Both the position numbers and the translations under genes were made by a program. Under the pieces are notes generated by a model, which saw only the letters and a list, made by a program, of their open reading frames with translations, made no database searches and had not been told where the DNA came from. Shown one piece after another: positions 20,145-29,590 of a DNA stretch of 64,000 nucleotides (within the stretch, counting starts at the first letter, position 1; the number at the start of each line of letters is the position of its first letter). Origin of the DNA: Geopsychrobacteraceae bacterium (lineage in GTDB: Bacteria > Desulfobacterota > Desulfuromonadia > Desulfuromonadales > Geopsychrobacteraceae); the NCBI GenBank assembly GCA_963662315.1, contig OY759353.1, forward strand, positions 3,776,001 to 3,840,000, given 5' to 3'.

Positions 20145-20735
20145 TTAGAAGTGATAACTGATGCCTAGGCGCAAGGTTATCAGCCCAAGAGTTTTGTTTT
20201 TGTCTCCGGCAATGTCGATCTCCGTACCGGTCGTGGTGATTTCAAGGTTAGTGGATATTTTTTCATTGAATTGGTATGCAGTTCCTCCGCCTAGCAGGGC
20301 CTGGAAGCTTCCGTCATCTTTTTGTTCACCATTCTGGGTGATATCATAGCCCAGGTAGACCGAACCCAAAATTCCATAGACTGACCAGCTATCCCATTCA
20401 TAGCCGAGGTGAACTTTGAGCCCGTATTGAGGGTCCAGTTTTATCCTGTCACCGGAAGAGGATTTTTTACTTGCTGTCGTGTCATGATAAAATATTTCTC
20501 CAGCAGCAAATAATCCTTTGAAAATTCTATGTTTATAGCCGGCATAGACACCGCCGGAAACCTTGGAGTCACCATCCAGTTTTTCCGTGTTGTCCCCGCT
20601 GTCCACAACAAAACCGGAACCGATAACGGCTACTCCCGTATAAAAACCGTTACCAGTGCCGTCGGCGTGCGCTGCCCCTGTCGTGATGGCGACCAGCACG
20701 GCTGCAATCAGTATCTGTTTTATCCCTTTCATCAT
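20145..20735 (-). CDS. Outer-membrane beta-barrel protein (8-stranded OmpA/OmpW-like)
   Basis: Start moved to ATG 20735 (AAAGGAG SD); signal peptide ending AHA; GFYTG, alternating beta pattern, C-terminal LGISYHF beta-signal. Confidence 0.85.
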   Translation of the reverse strand: MMKGIKQILIAAVLVAITTGAAHADGTGNGFYTGVAVIGSGFVVDSGDNTEKLDGDSKVSGGVYAGYKHRIFKGLFAAGEIFYHDTTASKKSSSGDRIKLDPQYGLKVHLGYEWDSWSVYGILGSVYLGYDITQNGEQKDDGSFQALLGGGTAYQFNEKISTNLEITTTGTEIDIAGDKNKTLGLITLRLGISYHF

Positions 20736-20883
20736 ATCTCCTTTTACATTGTTAATACTGGTGGTTGTTAGCCTGCGATGACTTCTTTGATGTTCGAACA
20801 TTACCGTAGGCAGCGATTCAGCGCTGTGGAACTTCTGTATAGAAATGTGTGTAATTGTAAAATGCTGGCCATTGGGACCGATC

Positions 20884-20910
20884 CATACAAAAACTGACAA
20901 TCGCTGACAA
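20884..20910 (-). promoter_or_regulatory. Candidate OmpR-family response-regulator binding array
   Basis: Three direct repeats at 10-bp spacing (ATACAA, CTGACAA, CTGACAA on +), upstream of a minus-strand TACAAT -10 at 20854-20859. Confidence 0.55.
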
Positions 20911-21130
20911 ATGTGCAATGGATTTGATGTGTTCCCTGTGTGGTACCATGCGAGCGTCGATGCCAGGGAGAGTTACGGGGCTGTGGCGATAGGCCGGCTA
21001 GTTAAGACACTTTGCATGCTTGCTGGCGGCACTCAGTTTAATTATCATTGCTGGCAAGCAAACTTGTCGCGACAGGATCATATTTCTTCCATACCCTGCA
21101 GCACAATGTAGAGGATGAGACAGAGGCAGC

Positions 21131-21844
21131 ATGGATTTTACAAAACGGATCTTAGTGGTTGAGGATGACCAACGGCTGGGGGACTTGATCAGTTCCTATT
21201 TAAATCAACAGGGTTTCGATGTCGCTCTGGAGCGCCGAGGGGATAACGCCCCGGCACGTATTTTCGGGGAACGGCCAGATCTGGTTATCCTTGATCTGCT
21301 GCTGCCTGGTTTGGATGGCTTGACCATCTGTCAGCAGGTCAGGAGCGAGTATGAAGGGCCGATTCTCATGCTGACCGCTCTTGAAGATGATATGGATCAG
21401 GTTGCCGGCTTGGAAGTGGGGGCAGACGATTATGTTAAAAAACCGGTGTTACCAAGGGTGCTGCTCGCCCGCATCCGGGCTCTGTTGCGACGCTGGGAAA
21501 AAACGGCTGCAGAGAGTGACAGCACGTTGGAACCAATAGCGGAACTGGTTTTTGGCAAATTACGGATTAACCGGGCAGCGCAAAGTGTTCAGCTTGATGG
21601 GCAGCCGGTTATTTTGACGACGAACGAGTTTAACCTGTTGTGGTTGTTAGCCAGTCATGCCGGGCAGATTTTGGATCGTGACACCATTTACCGTAACCTG
21701 CGGGGAATCGAGTATGACGGCTTAGACAGATCTGTGGATTTGACCATTTCGCATCTGCGTAAAAAGTTGGAAGATGATGCCGATCATCCCAAGCGCATCA
21801 AAACGGTTTGGGGGCAAGGATACCTGTTTGCTCTGAACAGTTGA
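21131..21844 (+). CDS. OmpR-family response regulator (RstA-like)
   Basis: VVEDD, ILDLLLP, GADDYVKKP, RGIEYDGLDRSVD, KTVWGQGY. Confidence 0.92.
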   Translation: MDFTKRILVVEDDQRLGDLISSYLNQQGFDVALERRGDNAPARIFGERPDLVILDLLLPGLDGLTICQQVRSEYEGPILMLTALEDDMDQVAGLEVGADDYVKKPVLPRVLLARIRALLRRWEKTAAESDSTLEPIAELVFGKLRINRAAQSVQLDGQPVILTTNEFNLLWLLASHAGQILDRDTIYRNLRGIEYDGLDRSVDLTISHLRKKLEDDADHPKRIKTVWGQGYLFALNS

Positions 21845-21854
21845 GGTCGTTTCG

Positions 21855-23144
21855 ATGAAGCGGATATTTTTTTCTTTTTTTCTGTTTATCATGATCAGCA
21901 TGATCGGGTTGCAGTATGCCCAGCCGTTGCTGATCGGTAAGCCTCTGCAGGAATATTATCGACAGGAATATCTTGTTTATTGGCGCAACCTGACACGCGG
22001 AACCCTTCATCTGTTGTTGGAGGAGCTGCAGCCTCTTGCCCCAGCCCAGCGAGAGCTACGTCTGCAGCAACTGCAAAATCATTTTGGCTACCCGATAGAC
22101 CTTGTTGATGTCGATGATCTGACCTTATCGTCAGCGGAGCGTCAGCAGTTGAATCGTCATCTCACCGTTGTCAAAAACAACGGTTCCCTGTTTTACCGAA
22201 TCATTCCGGGAACAGACCGGGCGATAGTCATGGGACCGTTCCAGGATATCGACATATCAACGCTGGTTCATCTTTCGTCCTGGGTCCTGATTACCCTGCT
22301 CTTTGGACTTATGGCCATGCTCTGGGCACGACCGTTTTGGTCGAAATTGAGAAAAATCAGTAATGCGGCTCAAGCTTTCGGGCAGGGAGACTTTAGTGCT
22401 CGAGCTCAATTGCCGCAGCGTTCAGCCCTGGCTCCGCTGGCTGGGACATTTAACGACATGGCCGGGCGCATACAGCAGCTGATCGGATCGCACAAAGAAC
22501 TGACCCGGGCAGTCTCTCACGAACTGCGAACCCCCATTTCGAGGATACGATTTGGCCTGGAAATGGCACAATCCTCGACAACAGAACTGGAATGGCAAAA
22601 ATACATTGTCGATATTGGTCGTGATGTTGATGAGTTGGATGAACTGGTTTCCGAGCTGCTGATTTATGCGCGATTTGACCGGGAGGCGCCAAAACTTCAC
22701 CAGGAACAGTTGGCCCTGGCCCCATGGTTGCTGGAAACCGTCAGAGAAACCGCAACCACACTGACGCGAACGACAGTCACATGCCATATTGCTGAACAGG
22801 CTGAAACGGTCAGCGCGCAGATCGCTCCGCGCTATCTGGCGCGAGCGGTCAGTAACTTAATCATCAACGCCGATAAATATGCAGAGAGCAAAATTGTGGT
22901 CAGGTTAGAAACGCAGGGCCAGCGTTGTCTTATTCATATCGATGATGATGGTCCGGGTATTCCCAGTGCTGACCGCGAACGGATCTTCAAACCTTTTGTC
23001 AGGCTGGATGTCAGCCGGGCTAAAGAGACTGGCGGCCATGGCCTGGGTCTGGCAATTGTCAAGCAGGTCATTACCTTGCACGGTGGAACGGTCTGGACCG
23101 AACCTTCCCCGTTGGGAGGTGCTCGTTTTACCCTGTGTTGGTAG
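21855..23144 (+). CDS. HAMP sensor histidine kinase (RstB-like)
   Basis: Two TM helices, HAMP, SHELRTP, NLIINA, DDGPG, GHGLGL. Confidence 0.92.
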   Translation: MKRIFFSFFLFIMISMIGLQYAQPLLIGKPLQEYYRQEYLVYWRNLTRGTLHLLLEELQPLAPAQRELRLQQLQNHFGYPIDLVDVDDLTLSSAERQQLNRHLTVVKNNGSLFYRIIPGTDRAIVMGPFQDIDISTLVHLSSWVLITLLFGLMAMLWARPFWSKLRKISNAAQAFGQGDFSARAQLPQRSALAPLAGTFNDMAGRIQQLIGSHKELTRAVSHELRTPISRIRFGLEMAQSSTTELEWQKYIVDIGRDVDELDELVSELLIYARFDREAPKLHQEQLALAPWLLETVRETATTLTRTTVTCHIAEQAETVSAQIAPRYLARAVSNLIINADKYAESKIVVRLETQGQRCLIHIDDDGPGIPSADRERIFKPFVRLDVSRAKETGGHGLGLAIVKQVITLHGGTVWTEPSPLGGARFTLCW

Positions 23145-23287
23145 GGTGTTGCATGTGTCTGTTTTTTGTATGAAAGGGCTCGGCACTCCTTTTGAACCAT
23201 CAGTCTCTTCGCCCGTTTATCTGTTTCGAAGGTCTGCCTTGACTGGAAAACGCTCTGTTAGAAGTAATAATGAAAAATTGTAACGGA

Positions 23288-23983
23288 TCAGTCGTTAGGG
23301 CGGTCACGCCAGTCATAAATGCCATGAAACAGACGCTGATCGAGTTGCAGGCGTGATCCTTCCTTACTGCACAGTCCGGCTTTGATCCACTTGTTCTGGA
23401 TGCGGCTGATAGTGACCCGGCTGGCATTAATGATCATGCCCAGCTCTTCGCTGGTCAGTTTGATAGGCAATTTAACCCAACCCTCTGGTTTCAGCATGCC
23501 ACTGGAAAACAACACGGCTTTATAGAAGGTTCTTAACCGATCTTCGTGGGACAGTGTTGCGTTGGCAATCATTCCCTCTAGGATGCTTTCATGTTTGAAA
23601 ATGCTTTCCTTCAGGACAATCTCGGCAATTTCCTGGTTGCTCCGGATATGGCGGCGGTATAGCTCTGGTGAAATAGAGAGAACTTCGGTTCCTTTTTGGG
23701 CGTAGGTTGTCACATTGACCCGTTTACCAGAGAGGCAGGAGAGGTTGCAGATACTGCGCCCCGGGGGAAGAATCGCCATGACACTGGTTTTTCCCTGCGT
23801 GTAGTTTACATAATACAAACAAAGCCCTTTTACTACGTAAAAGAGCTTGCTGCCGTCACCTCCGGACTTCAGGATGGAGTGTTTGGTAATCTTTTGGCTG
23901 CGCCCGTATTTATCGAACAGATCACGAATCAGCTGATGCTCGGTGGGCGGAACCCAGGGTAAGCCGTTAAAAACCTGACGCAT
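23288..23983 (-). CDS. Crp/Fnr-family transcriptional regulator
   Basis: cNMP-binding-like beta barrel; C-terminal LTSEELGMIINASRVTISR HTH; downstream of the flavocytochrome genes. Confidence 0.85.
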   Translation of the reverse strand: MRQVFNGLPWVPPTEHQLIRDLFDKYGRSQKITKHSILKSGGDGSKLFYVVKGLCLYYVNYTQGKTSVMAILPPGRSICNLSCLSGKRVNVTTYAQKGTEVLSISPELYRRHIRSNQEIAEIVLKESIFKHESILEGMIANATLSHEDRLRTFYKAVLFSSGMLKPEGWVKLPIKLTSEELGMIINASRVTISRIQNKWIKAGLCSKEGSRLQLDQRLFHGIYDWRDRPND

Positions 23984-24139
23984 ATTGTGAGTCTCTCCTG
24001 CAACGGATTGCTGCGGTTATTACCTACGCCGCGCAGTTCACCGGATAATCAGGGGGAAATCAATCGGTTTTTCAATAATTGGTCTTTTTCTGATGCCAGG
24101 AGGCCATTATTAAAGGTTATTTGTCCTGTAGGGCCAAAG

Positions 24140-24484
24140 CTAAGGGACTTTGACTTCAAAGTGATGACAGTCCGCACAATACAACGTTGATGGCTCATGG
24201 ATGCGGTGGCACAGAGTGCAGCGGAGCTGGCCATCGTGGGAATTATGAATATTGACTTCGCGGGTATTGCCGGCATCGGAATAGGTTTTGACCGTACCGG
24301 GAATTTCGCTGTGACAGCCGATACAGGTTTTGGCTGAGGCGCGTTTTTCAGGGGTTGCGGTGCCATGACAGTCTGCGCAGCTGATGTCATTGTCCAGGTG
24401 TGCTTTATTGACGGTCATATCGGCAGCGCAGATAGAAACCAGTGAAAAGGTCATGAGTATGATAAATGAAACCAGACGGATCAT
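24140..24484 (-). CDS. Small tetraheme cytochrome c (flavocytochrome c heme subunit)
   Basis: Signal peptide; CADCH, CIGCH, CTLCH, CADCH; NIHNSH; AAGGAG SD. Confidence 0.92.
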   Translation of the reverse strand: MIRLVSFIILMTFSLVSICAADMTVNKAHLDNDISCADCHGTATPEKRASAKTCIGCHSEIPGTVKTYSDAGNTREVNIHNSHDGQLRCTLCHRIHEPSTLYCADCHHFEVKVP

Positions 24485-24507
24485 GGTTGCTATATCTCCT
24501 TAAAAAT

Positions 24508-24537
24508 AGGTCAGGGATATCTTGTTATCCCTGACCT
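24508..24537 (-). terminator. Terminator-like stem-loop between the flavoprotein and cytochrome genes
   Basis: Perfect 12-bp IR AGGTCAGGGATA / TATCCCTGACCT followed by ATTTTT on the minus strand. Confidence 0.65.
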
Positions 24538-24583
24538 TGTGTTCATAATGAAGAAACGTGTGCAACGGAAATAAAATGAAACT

Positions 24584-26083
24584 TTATTTGACCGTTTTGA
24601 TGTATTCAGCAGCATCTTCTGCTGCCATGCGACCGGTATTGACAGCATATCCCATGGTACTGCCAGCCATCAGCAGATCATAACTATCGCCGTACATGCC
24701 GGCGGCAATATTGCCAACAGCATAAAGCCCAGGGATGATATCGTCTGACTGGTTGAGGACCCTCATCTCTTTAGTGACAGAAACGCCACCCAGAGTACCT
24801 AAGGACGTTGGGTAGGCTTTTACCGCATAAAAAGGCCCTTTTCTAACTGGTTGCAGGTATTTTGGTTCTTTGGCGAACTGGCCGTCATGCTTGCGATCAG
24901 CGAAGGTGTTGTAAAGATCAACGGTCTCTTTGAGGTTGGTGGCAGGAACGCCCATGTTTTTGGCCAGTTCCTCAATAGTATCGCCTTTAAAGGCCAGACC
25001 TTTATTGATACCTCTTTCCAAATCTTGCTCGAGTTTGGTCAGTTTTGTTCTAACTGGAACCATAACACCGACACCAACATCAATCCCTTTTTCCATCATG
25101 TATGCTTTGGTGGCGGAATCATAGACTGCATACATCATGCCACCAACGCGTTCCAGAGCGTTACCGGCGAAAGGCCACTGAAAAATGACCATCTCATCGG
25201 TAAAGCGTTGGCCATGCTTGTCGACCCAAAGATAAGGCTGGCGGGCGGTAGCAACGAGCTGAGAGGTTGTCGATTCGCCAGGAAGACCAGGACGATAGGA
25301 AATAACGACATCCATTGCCTCTGTTGTGGCTCCAGCAGCTTGCATCATCTTGATACCGTCACCGGTTTTACCGACATTGCCGACAGACACGACATCGGGG
25401 GTACGGGTGTATTTTTGCATCATTTCTTTGTTGTTGAGGAAGCCGCCAGTAGCGACAATAACCGCCTTGGCCGCAATGTTGATTTTTTCACCGTCAGCAT
25501 TTTCAGCAACAACTCCTGCGACACGGCCATCTTTAACAATAAGGCTTTTTCCTGGGGTCTCAGTCATGACTTTAATATTCATTTCCGGAAATTTTTTCAT
25601 CAGGGTTTCCAGCATGGTTTTGCCGCGCCCCTTGAAAATGTGCCAGCACTGCAGCCCGCCAGGATAGTTTGAAGTCAGTTCCTCGAACTCGACGCCCTGA
25701 TGTTCGAGCCACTCAACGGTGTCGGCTGACTTGTCGACAAAGGCTCTGACTAAAGGAGCATTAGCCCGCCAGTGGCTGTAATTCATGATCATTTTGAACG
25801 CCTCGTCCTTGGTAAGGACGATATTCCGTTCGAGTTGCATTTTGCTTTCGGCAGCAAACAAACCTTCAGAATATTTGGCCGTACCACCAACTGAGGGTTG
25901 TTTTTCAAGCACGATAACGCTTTTAGCTCCCTGCTGGGCAACTGCGTAGGCAGCAGAGATACCAGAGCCGCCGGCACCGACAACCACAACATCAGCTTCC
26001 AGTTTCTGGTCGGCCACAGCAAGTGTGCTGAAAGCGACCAGAGTGAGCATCAACAGTATGCTCAATAAAACCAATTTTTTCAT
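24584..26083 (-). CDS. Periplasmic FAD-dependent oxidoreductase (flavocytochrome c flavin subunit), substrate unknown
   Basis: Start moved to ATG 26083 (GGAGG SD); signal peptide ..LAVA; VVGAGGSG, ATGGF, TGDG, RFTDE, GTLGG, PGLYAVG. Confidence 0.9.
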   Translation of the reverse strand: MKKLVLLSILLMLTLVAFSTLAVADQKLEADVVVVGAGGSGISAAYAVAQQGAKSVIVLEKQPSVGGTAKYSEGLFAAESKMQLERNIVLTKDEAFKMIMNYSHWRANAPLVRAFVDKSADTVEWLEHQGVEFEELTSNYPGGLQCWHIFKGRGKTMLETLMKKFPEMNIKVMTETPGKSLIVKDGRVAGVVAENADGEKINIAAKAVIVATGGFLNNKEMMQKYTRTPDVVSVGNVGKTGDGIKMMQAAGATTEAMDVVISYRPGLPGESTTSQLVATARQPYLWVDKHGQRFTDEMVIFQWPFAGNALERVGGMMYAVYDSATKAYMMEKGIDVGVGVMVPVRTKLTKLEQDLERGINKGLAFKGDTIEELAKNMGVPATNLKETVDLYNTFADRKHDGQFAKEPKYLQPVRKGPFYAVKAYPTSLGTLGGVSVTKEMRVLNQSDDIIPGLYAVGNIAAGMYGDSYDLLMAGSTMGYAVNTGRMAAEDAAEYIKTVK

Positions 26084-26162
26084 ACCTTCCTCCATAATGA
26101 TCGATTTTATGAGATCAGTCTCATATCGGTCTGAGATTTTAGCAGGTGCAATGGGGGGGAAA

Positions 26163-26178
26163 TGTATCACCAGTTACA
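26163..26178. promoter_or_regulatory. Candidate Crp/Fnr-family operator
   Basis: TGTA-N8-TACA with A/T-rich flanks, 80 bp upstream of the flavoprotein start. Confidence 0.5.
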
Positions 26179-26294
26179 AAAAGCAGAATTCCCGGAAATA
26201 TTTGATTCACAACCCTTTTTTGTCTGCTAATATGGTAATTCGGAACACCGCTTCTGGCTCGCTTCCTCAGCGGAAAAAATGCGCGGGAGAATTT

Positions 26295-27278
26295 ATGAAA
26301 ATAGCCATACTGGATGATTATCAGAATAGCGTGATCCAGCTTCCCTGTTTTTCACTGCTTGCTGAGCATGAGGTCGTTGTCTTTAACGATACTCCCGCAA
26401 CTGAAGAACAGTTGGTCGCGCGGTTGCATGATGTGGATGCGTTGGTGCTGATTCGTGAACGGACTGCAATTACCGACAGTTTACTGGCCGGGCTGCCCAA
26501 CCTTAAACTGATTAGTCAAACCGGAAAAATCAGCAGTCACCTGGATTTGAAAGCTTGTACTGCCCACGGTGTTGCTGTTGCCGAAGGGGTCGGTTCACCA
26601 GTCTCTACCGCAGAGTTGTGCTGGGCCCTGATCATGGCTGCCAGCCGCCATATTATTCCCTATACGTGCAATCTTAAACAGGGACTCTGGCAGGATTCCG
26701 GAACCTTTGGTTTAGGCCGGACCCTGAACGGTTTGACGCTGGGGATCTGGGGGTACGGGAAAATCGGCAAACGCATCGCCGGTTTTGGTGACGCCTTTGG
26801 GATGCAGGTTCTGGTTTGGGGGCGCGAACCCTCGCGGGAACTTGCGCTTAAAGATGGGTATCTGGCGGCAGCAAGTAAGGACGATTTTTTTGCCACGGCC
26901 GATGTTTTGTCGCTGCATTTACGCTTGAACGATGTCACCAAGGGATGTGTTAGCGCCGCTGACCTTGCGCGCACGAAAGCCGATGCCCTGTTTGTCAATA
27001 CCAGCAGGTCCGCTTTGGTGGAGGAAGGTGCTTTAGTTGCCGCTTTGAAGCAGGGGCATCCCGGATTTGCCGCTGTTGATGTTTATGATCAGGAGCCGGC
27101 GACGACTGACAATGAACCTTTGCTGTCGTTACCCAATGTTCTGTGTTCACCCCATCTCGGGTATGTCGAGCGTAACAGTTATCAGCTCTACTTTAATGCT
27201 GTTTTTGAAAACGTGCTGATGTTTGCTCAGGGAGAACCGCAGAATATTGCCAACCCAGAGGTGCTGATTCCACACTAG
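26295..27278 (+). CDS. D-2-hydroxyacid dehydrogenase family protein (SerA-like catalytic core)
   Basis: Start moved to ATG 26295 (MKIAILDDYQ, GGGAG SD); GYGKIG, NTSR, DVYDQEP, PHLG. Confidence 0.92.
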   Translation: MKIAILDDYQNSVIQLPCFSLLAEHEVVVFNDTPATEEQLVARLHDVDALVLIRERTAITDSLLAGLPNLKLISQTGKISSHLDLKACTAHGVAVAEGVGSPVSTAELCWALIMAASRHIIPYTCNLKQGLWQDSGTFGLGRTLNGLTLGIWGYGKIGKRIAGFGDAFGMQVLVWGREPSRELALKDGYLAAASKDDFFATADVLSLHLRLNDVTKGCVSAADLARTKADALFVNTSRSALVEEGALVAALKQGHPGFAAVDVYDQEPATTDNEPLLSLPNVLCSPHLGYVERNSYQLYFNAVFENVLMFAQGEPQNIANPEVLIPH

Positions 27279-27284
27279 AATGGC

Positions 27285-27974
27285 TCAGGCCTTGAAATAC
27301 TTTCTTTCCGGTCGGCCAATGGTGCCGTATTCCAGGTTGATCTTCAAAAAGCCGGTTGAAATGAGGTATTCCAGGTATTTGCGAGCGGTGGTACGGCTGG
27401 CACCAATAAAGTGACCGACTTCTTCGGCGCTTTGCCCCTTGTCCGGCCGCATGCTGAAGCTGTCGATGACTTTTTCCAGAGTCAGGGGGTCGATCCCTTT
27501 TGGGACCTCATGCTGAGCGGTATTGTGACTGCTGACCTGGGTATGGCGAAAGAACTGATCAACGCCTTCCTGGTTGACATCTTGGAGGGCTTTGAGTTTA
27601 AGCCAGTGCTGACGATAGTTGCCCAGGGCTTCTTCGAAACGCTGAAAGAAAACCGGCTTTATCATGTAGTCAAAAACACCGCTGCGCAGGGCGTTGTGCA
27701 ACAGCTTCACCTCTTTGGCTGCGGTAATCAGGATGACATCGCAATTGGCATGATTACGGCGTAAGGTGTCCAGAAAATCCATGCCATTGCCATCGGGAAA
27801 ATAAACATCCAGCAGAATCAGGTCCGGCTCTAAGGCGGCCACCATTTCCATTGCGTCGGTCAGCAGATTGACCACTCCGGTTACGGTAAATCCTTCGACC
27901 TTTTCGACAAAGAGCTGATGCGCCTTGGCGACTTTGAGATTATCTTCAATAATCAGAACTTCGATTGTTCTCAT
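27285..27974 (-). CDS. CitB/DpiA-family response regulator
   Basis: IIEDN, LLDVYFPDGNG, ITAA, PKGIDPLTL, SRTTARKYLEYL, YGTIGRP. Confidence 0.93.
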   Translation of the reverse strand: MRTIEVLIIEDNLKVAKAHQLFVEKVEGFTVTGVVNLLTDAMEMVAALEPDLILLDVYFPDGNGMDFLDTLRRNHANCDVILITAAKEVKLLHNALRSGVFDYMIKPVFFQRFEEALGNYRQHWLKLKALQDVNQEGVDQFFRHTQVSSHNTAQHEVPKGIDPLTLEKVIDSFSMRPDKGQSAEEVGHFIGASRTTARKYLEYLISTGFLKINLEYGTIGRPERKYFKA

Positions 27975-29587
27975 CTGTCAGGATTCCTCTTCGGGATTTC
28001 GATTATAAATAGGGCGCCCCCCATTTCGCTCTGCTGCAGACTGATTCCGCCGTTCAAAAATTTCAGAGCATTCGTCACCAGGTGGAGGCCGTAGCCGCGT
28101 TTTTCTCCTTGTTTGGTGGAAACTCCCTTGTGAAAGATAGCGGATTTCATTTCGTCCGCAACCCCGGGGCCACTATCTTCTATCTCAAAAATAAGATCAT
28201 TCCCGTAATCACTCATAAATATTTTAGCTTTTGGGGCACCACGTCCGGTCTGGGCTGCTTCAAAAGCGTTATTGATGAGATTGCCAAGAATGGTGACCAA
28301 TTGATGGCGATCGATATCATCGGGCAGATCAACCATATGACTTTCGGGGTCAATTGTAAAATCAACTTTGAGCTCGAGGGCATGCATGTATTTGCCGATT
28401 AAAAAGGCTGACAGTGCCGGATCGGGAATCGATTCCGTCAACTGGCGAATCAGTTGGCGATGGCCGGTGGTTTCTGCGGCGATAAAATCAAGGACATCGT
28501 CATAGGCTTCCATCTGGATCATTCCGACAATGGCATGAAGGCGATTGGTATATTCATGGGTCTGGGCACGCAGCATGTCGGAGTAGGCCTGAATTTGCGA
28601 CAGTTCGCGGGCCATCAGATCGATCTCATCTTTAGGGCGCAAAGTCATTACGCTGCCCTGTATCTGCGTATCGATGCGGATTGGGACAATGTTAAAGATC
28701 ATATCGATCCCCTGTACCGGAATCTCCTGATTGAGGATTTGCTGCCCAGAAGTAAAAACCCTGGAGAAATCGATGCTGGAAAACTTCTTGAGGACTGATT
28801 GGCCGAGCAGTTCCTTGCCAAACTGGTCGCGAGCGGTCTGATTCAGCAGGGTGATGTAGCCTTGGGCATCGGTCGCTATAATTCCTTCACGGATTGAGGC
28901 GATAATCGCTTCGCGTTCCTGAAACAGACTGGCGATTTCCTGCGGTTCCAGGCCCAGGGTTGCGCGTTTGACCCCCTGTGCGATCAAAATAGCGGCAACC
29001 AGCCCCAGGGTGATGAATAACCAGATATAAAACAGTTCTTTTTCAAGATAGCTTTTCGACAGAATGCGCAGACTTTCGACACGGTAATGTACTGAGACCA
29101 TGCCGATAATATTCAGGTCTTCATCAAATATCGGGGCATTACCGTTAATCATGGCGCCGTGGGTCAGGCGGTTGTTGGACACATAGGGGTGTCCATAGCG
29201 CAATGTCCGGTTAATGTTGGGCAGGTTGTAGGGTTTGCCCACCTGGCTCTGGTCGGTATTGTAAAGCTGAACCGCATCGCGGTTGGTAATCACAATAGCT
29301 GTAGCTTCGGCTTCAAGGCGAATCGCGTTGGCCAGAATTTCCAGGGTGCTGAAGCGGTCGTGGTTACTGACAATCCGCTTCAGTTCGGGAATCAGCGCTA
29401 CGTGCTTGGCCGCCTGCAGCGCACGCTTTTCGGTTTGCTGCTCGACGATTTCGTAGATCATACGCGAAAAAACGATGCCGAGGGAAATCATCTGGAAAAC
29501 CACCAGCACCATGATCACCAGGGCGACCGAATCAAGGAGTTTTTTCGGGATCAGGTTGTTACGGATAAAAGACAGACTTCCCGCCAT
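27971..29587 (-). CDS. CitA/DpiB-family sensor histidine kinase with a degenerate ligand pocket
   Basis: TM-sCache-TM, LGLEPQEIA, PAS, LRAQTHE, GNLINNA, DSGPG, GYGL. Confidence 0.93.
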   Translation of the reverse strand: MAGSLSFIRNNLIPKKLLDSVALVIMVLVVFQMISLGIVFSRMIYEIVEQQTEKRALQAAKHVALIPELKRIVSNHDRFSTLEILANAIRLEAEATAIVITNRDAVQLYNTDQSQVGKPYNLPNINRTLRYGHPYVSNNRLTHGAMINGNAPIFDEDLNIIGMVSVHYRVESLRILSKSYLEKELFYIWLFITLGLVAAILIAQGVKRATLGLEPQEIASLFQEREAIIASIREGIIATDAQGYITLLNQTARDQFGKELLGQSVLKKFSSIDFSRVFTSGQQILNQEIPVQGIDMIFNIVPIRIDTQIQGSVMTLRPKDEIDLMARELSQIQAYSDMLRAQTHEYTNRLHAIVGMIQMEAYDDVLDFIAAETTGHRQLIRQLTESIPDPALSAFLIGKYMHALELKVDFTIDPESHMVDLPDDIDRHQLVTILGNLINNAFEAAQTGRGAPKAKIFMSDYGNDLIFEIEDSGPGVADEMKSAIFHKGVSTKQGEKRGYGLHLVTNALKFLNGGISLQQSEMGGALFIIEIPKRNPDR

Positions 29588-29590
29588 CGC

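Noticed and set aside
26025..26294. Long N-terminal extensions in the ORF track (also glmU, the barrel gene, flavoprotein, tctC1, rraA, gatC)
   Set aside because: Downstream ATGs match family N-termini or signal peptides, most with SD sequences, so the extensions are most likely non-coding.
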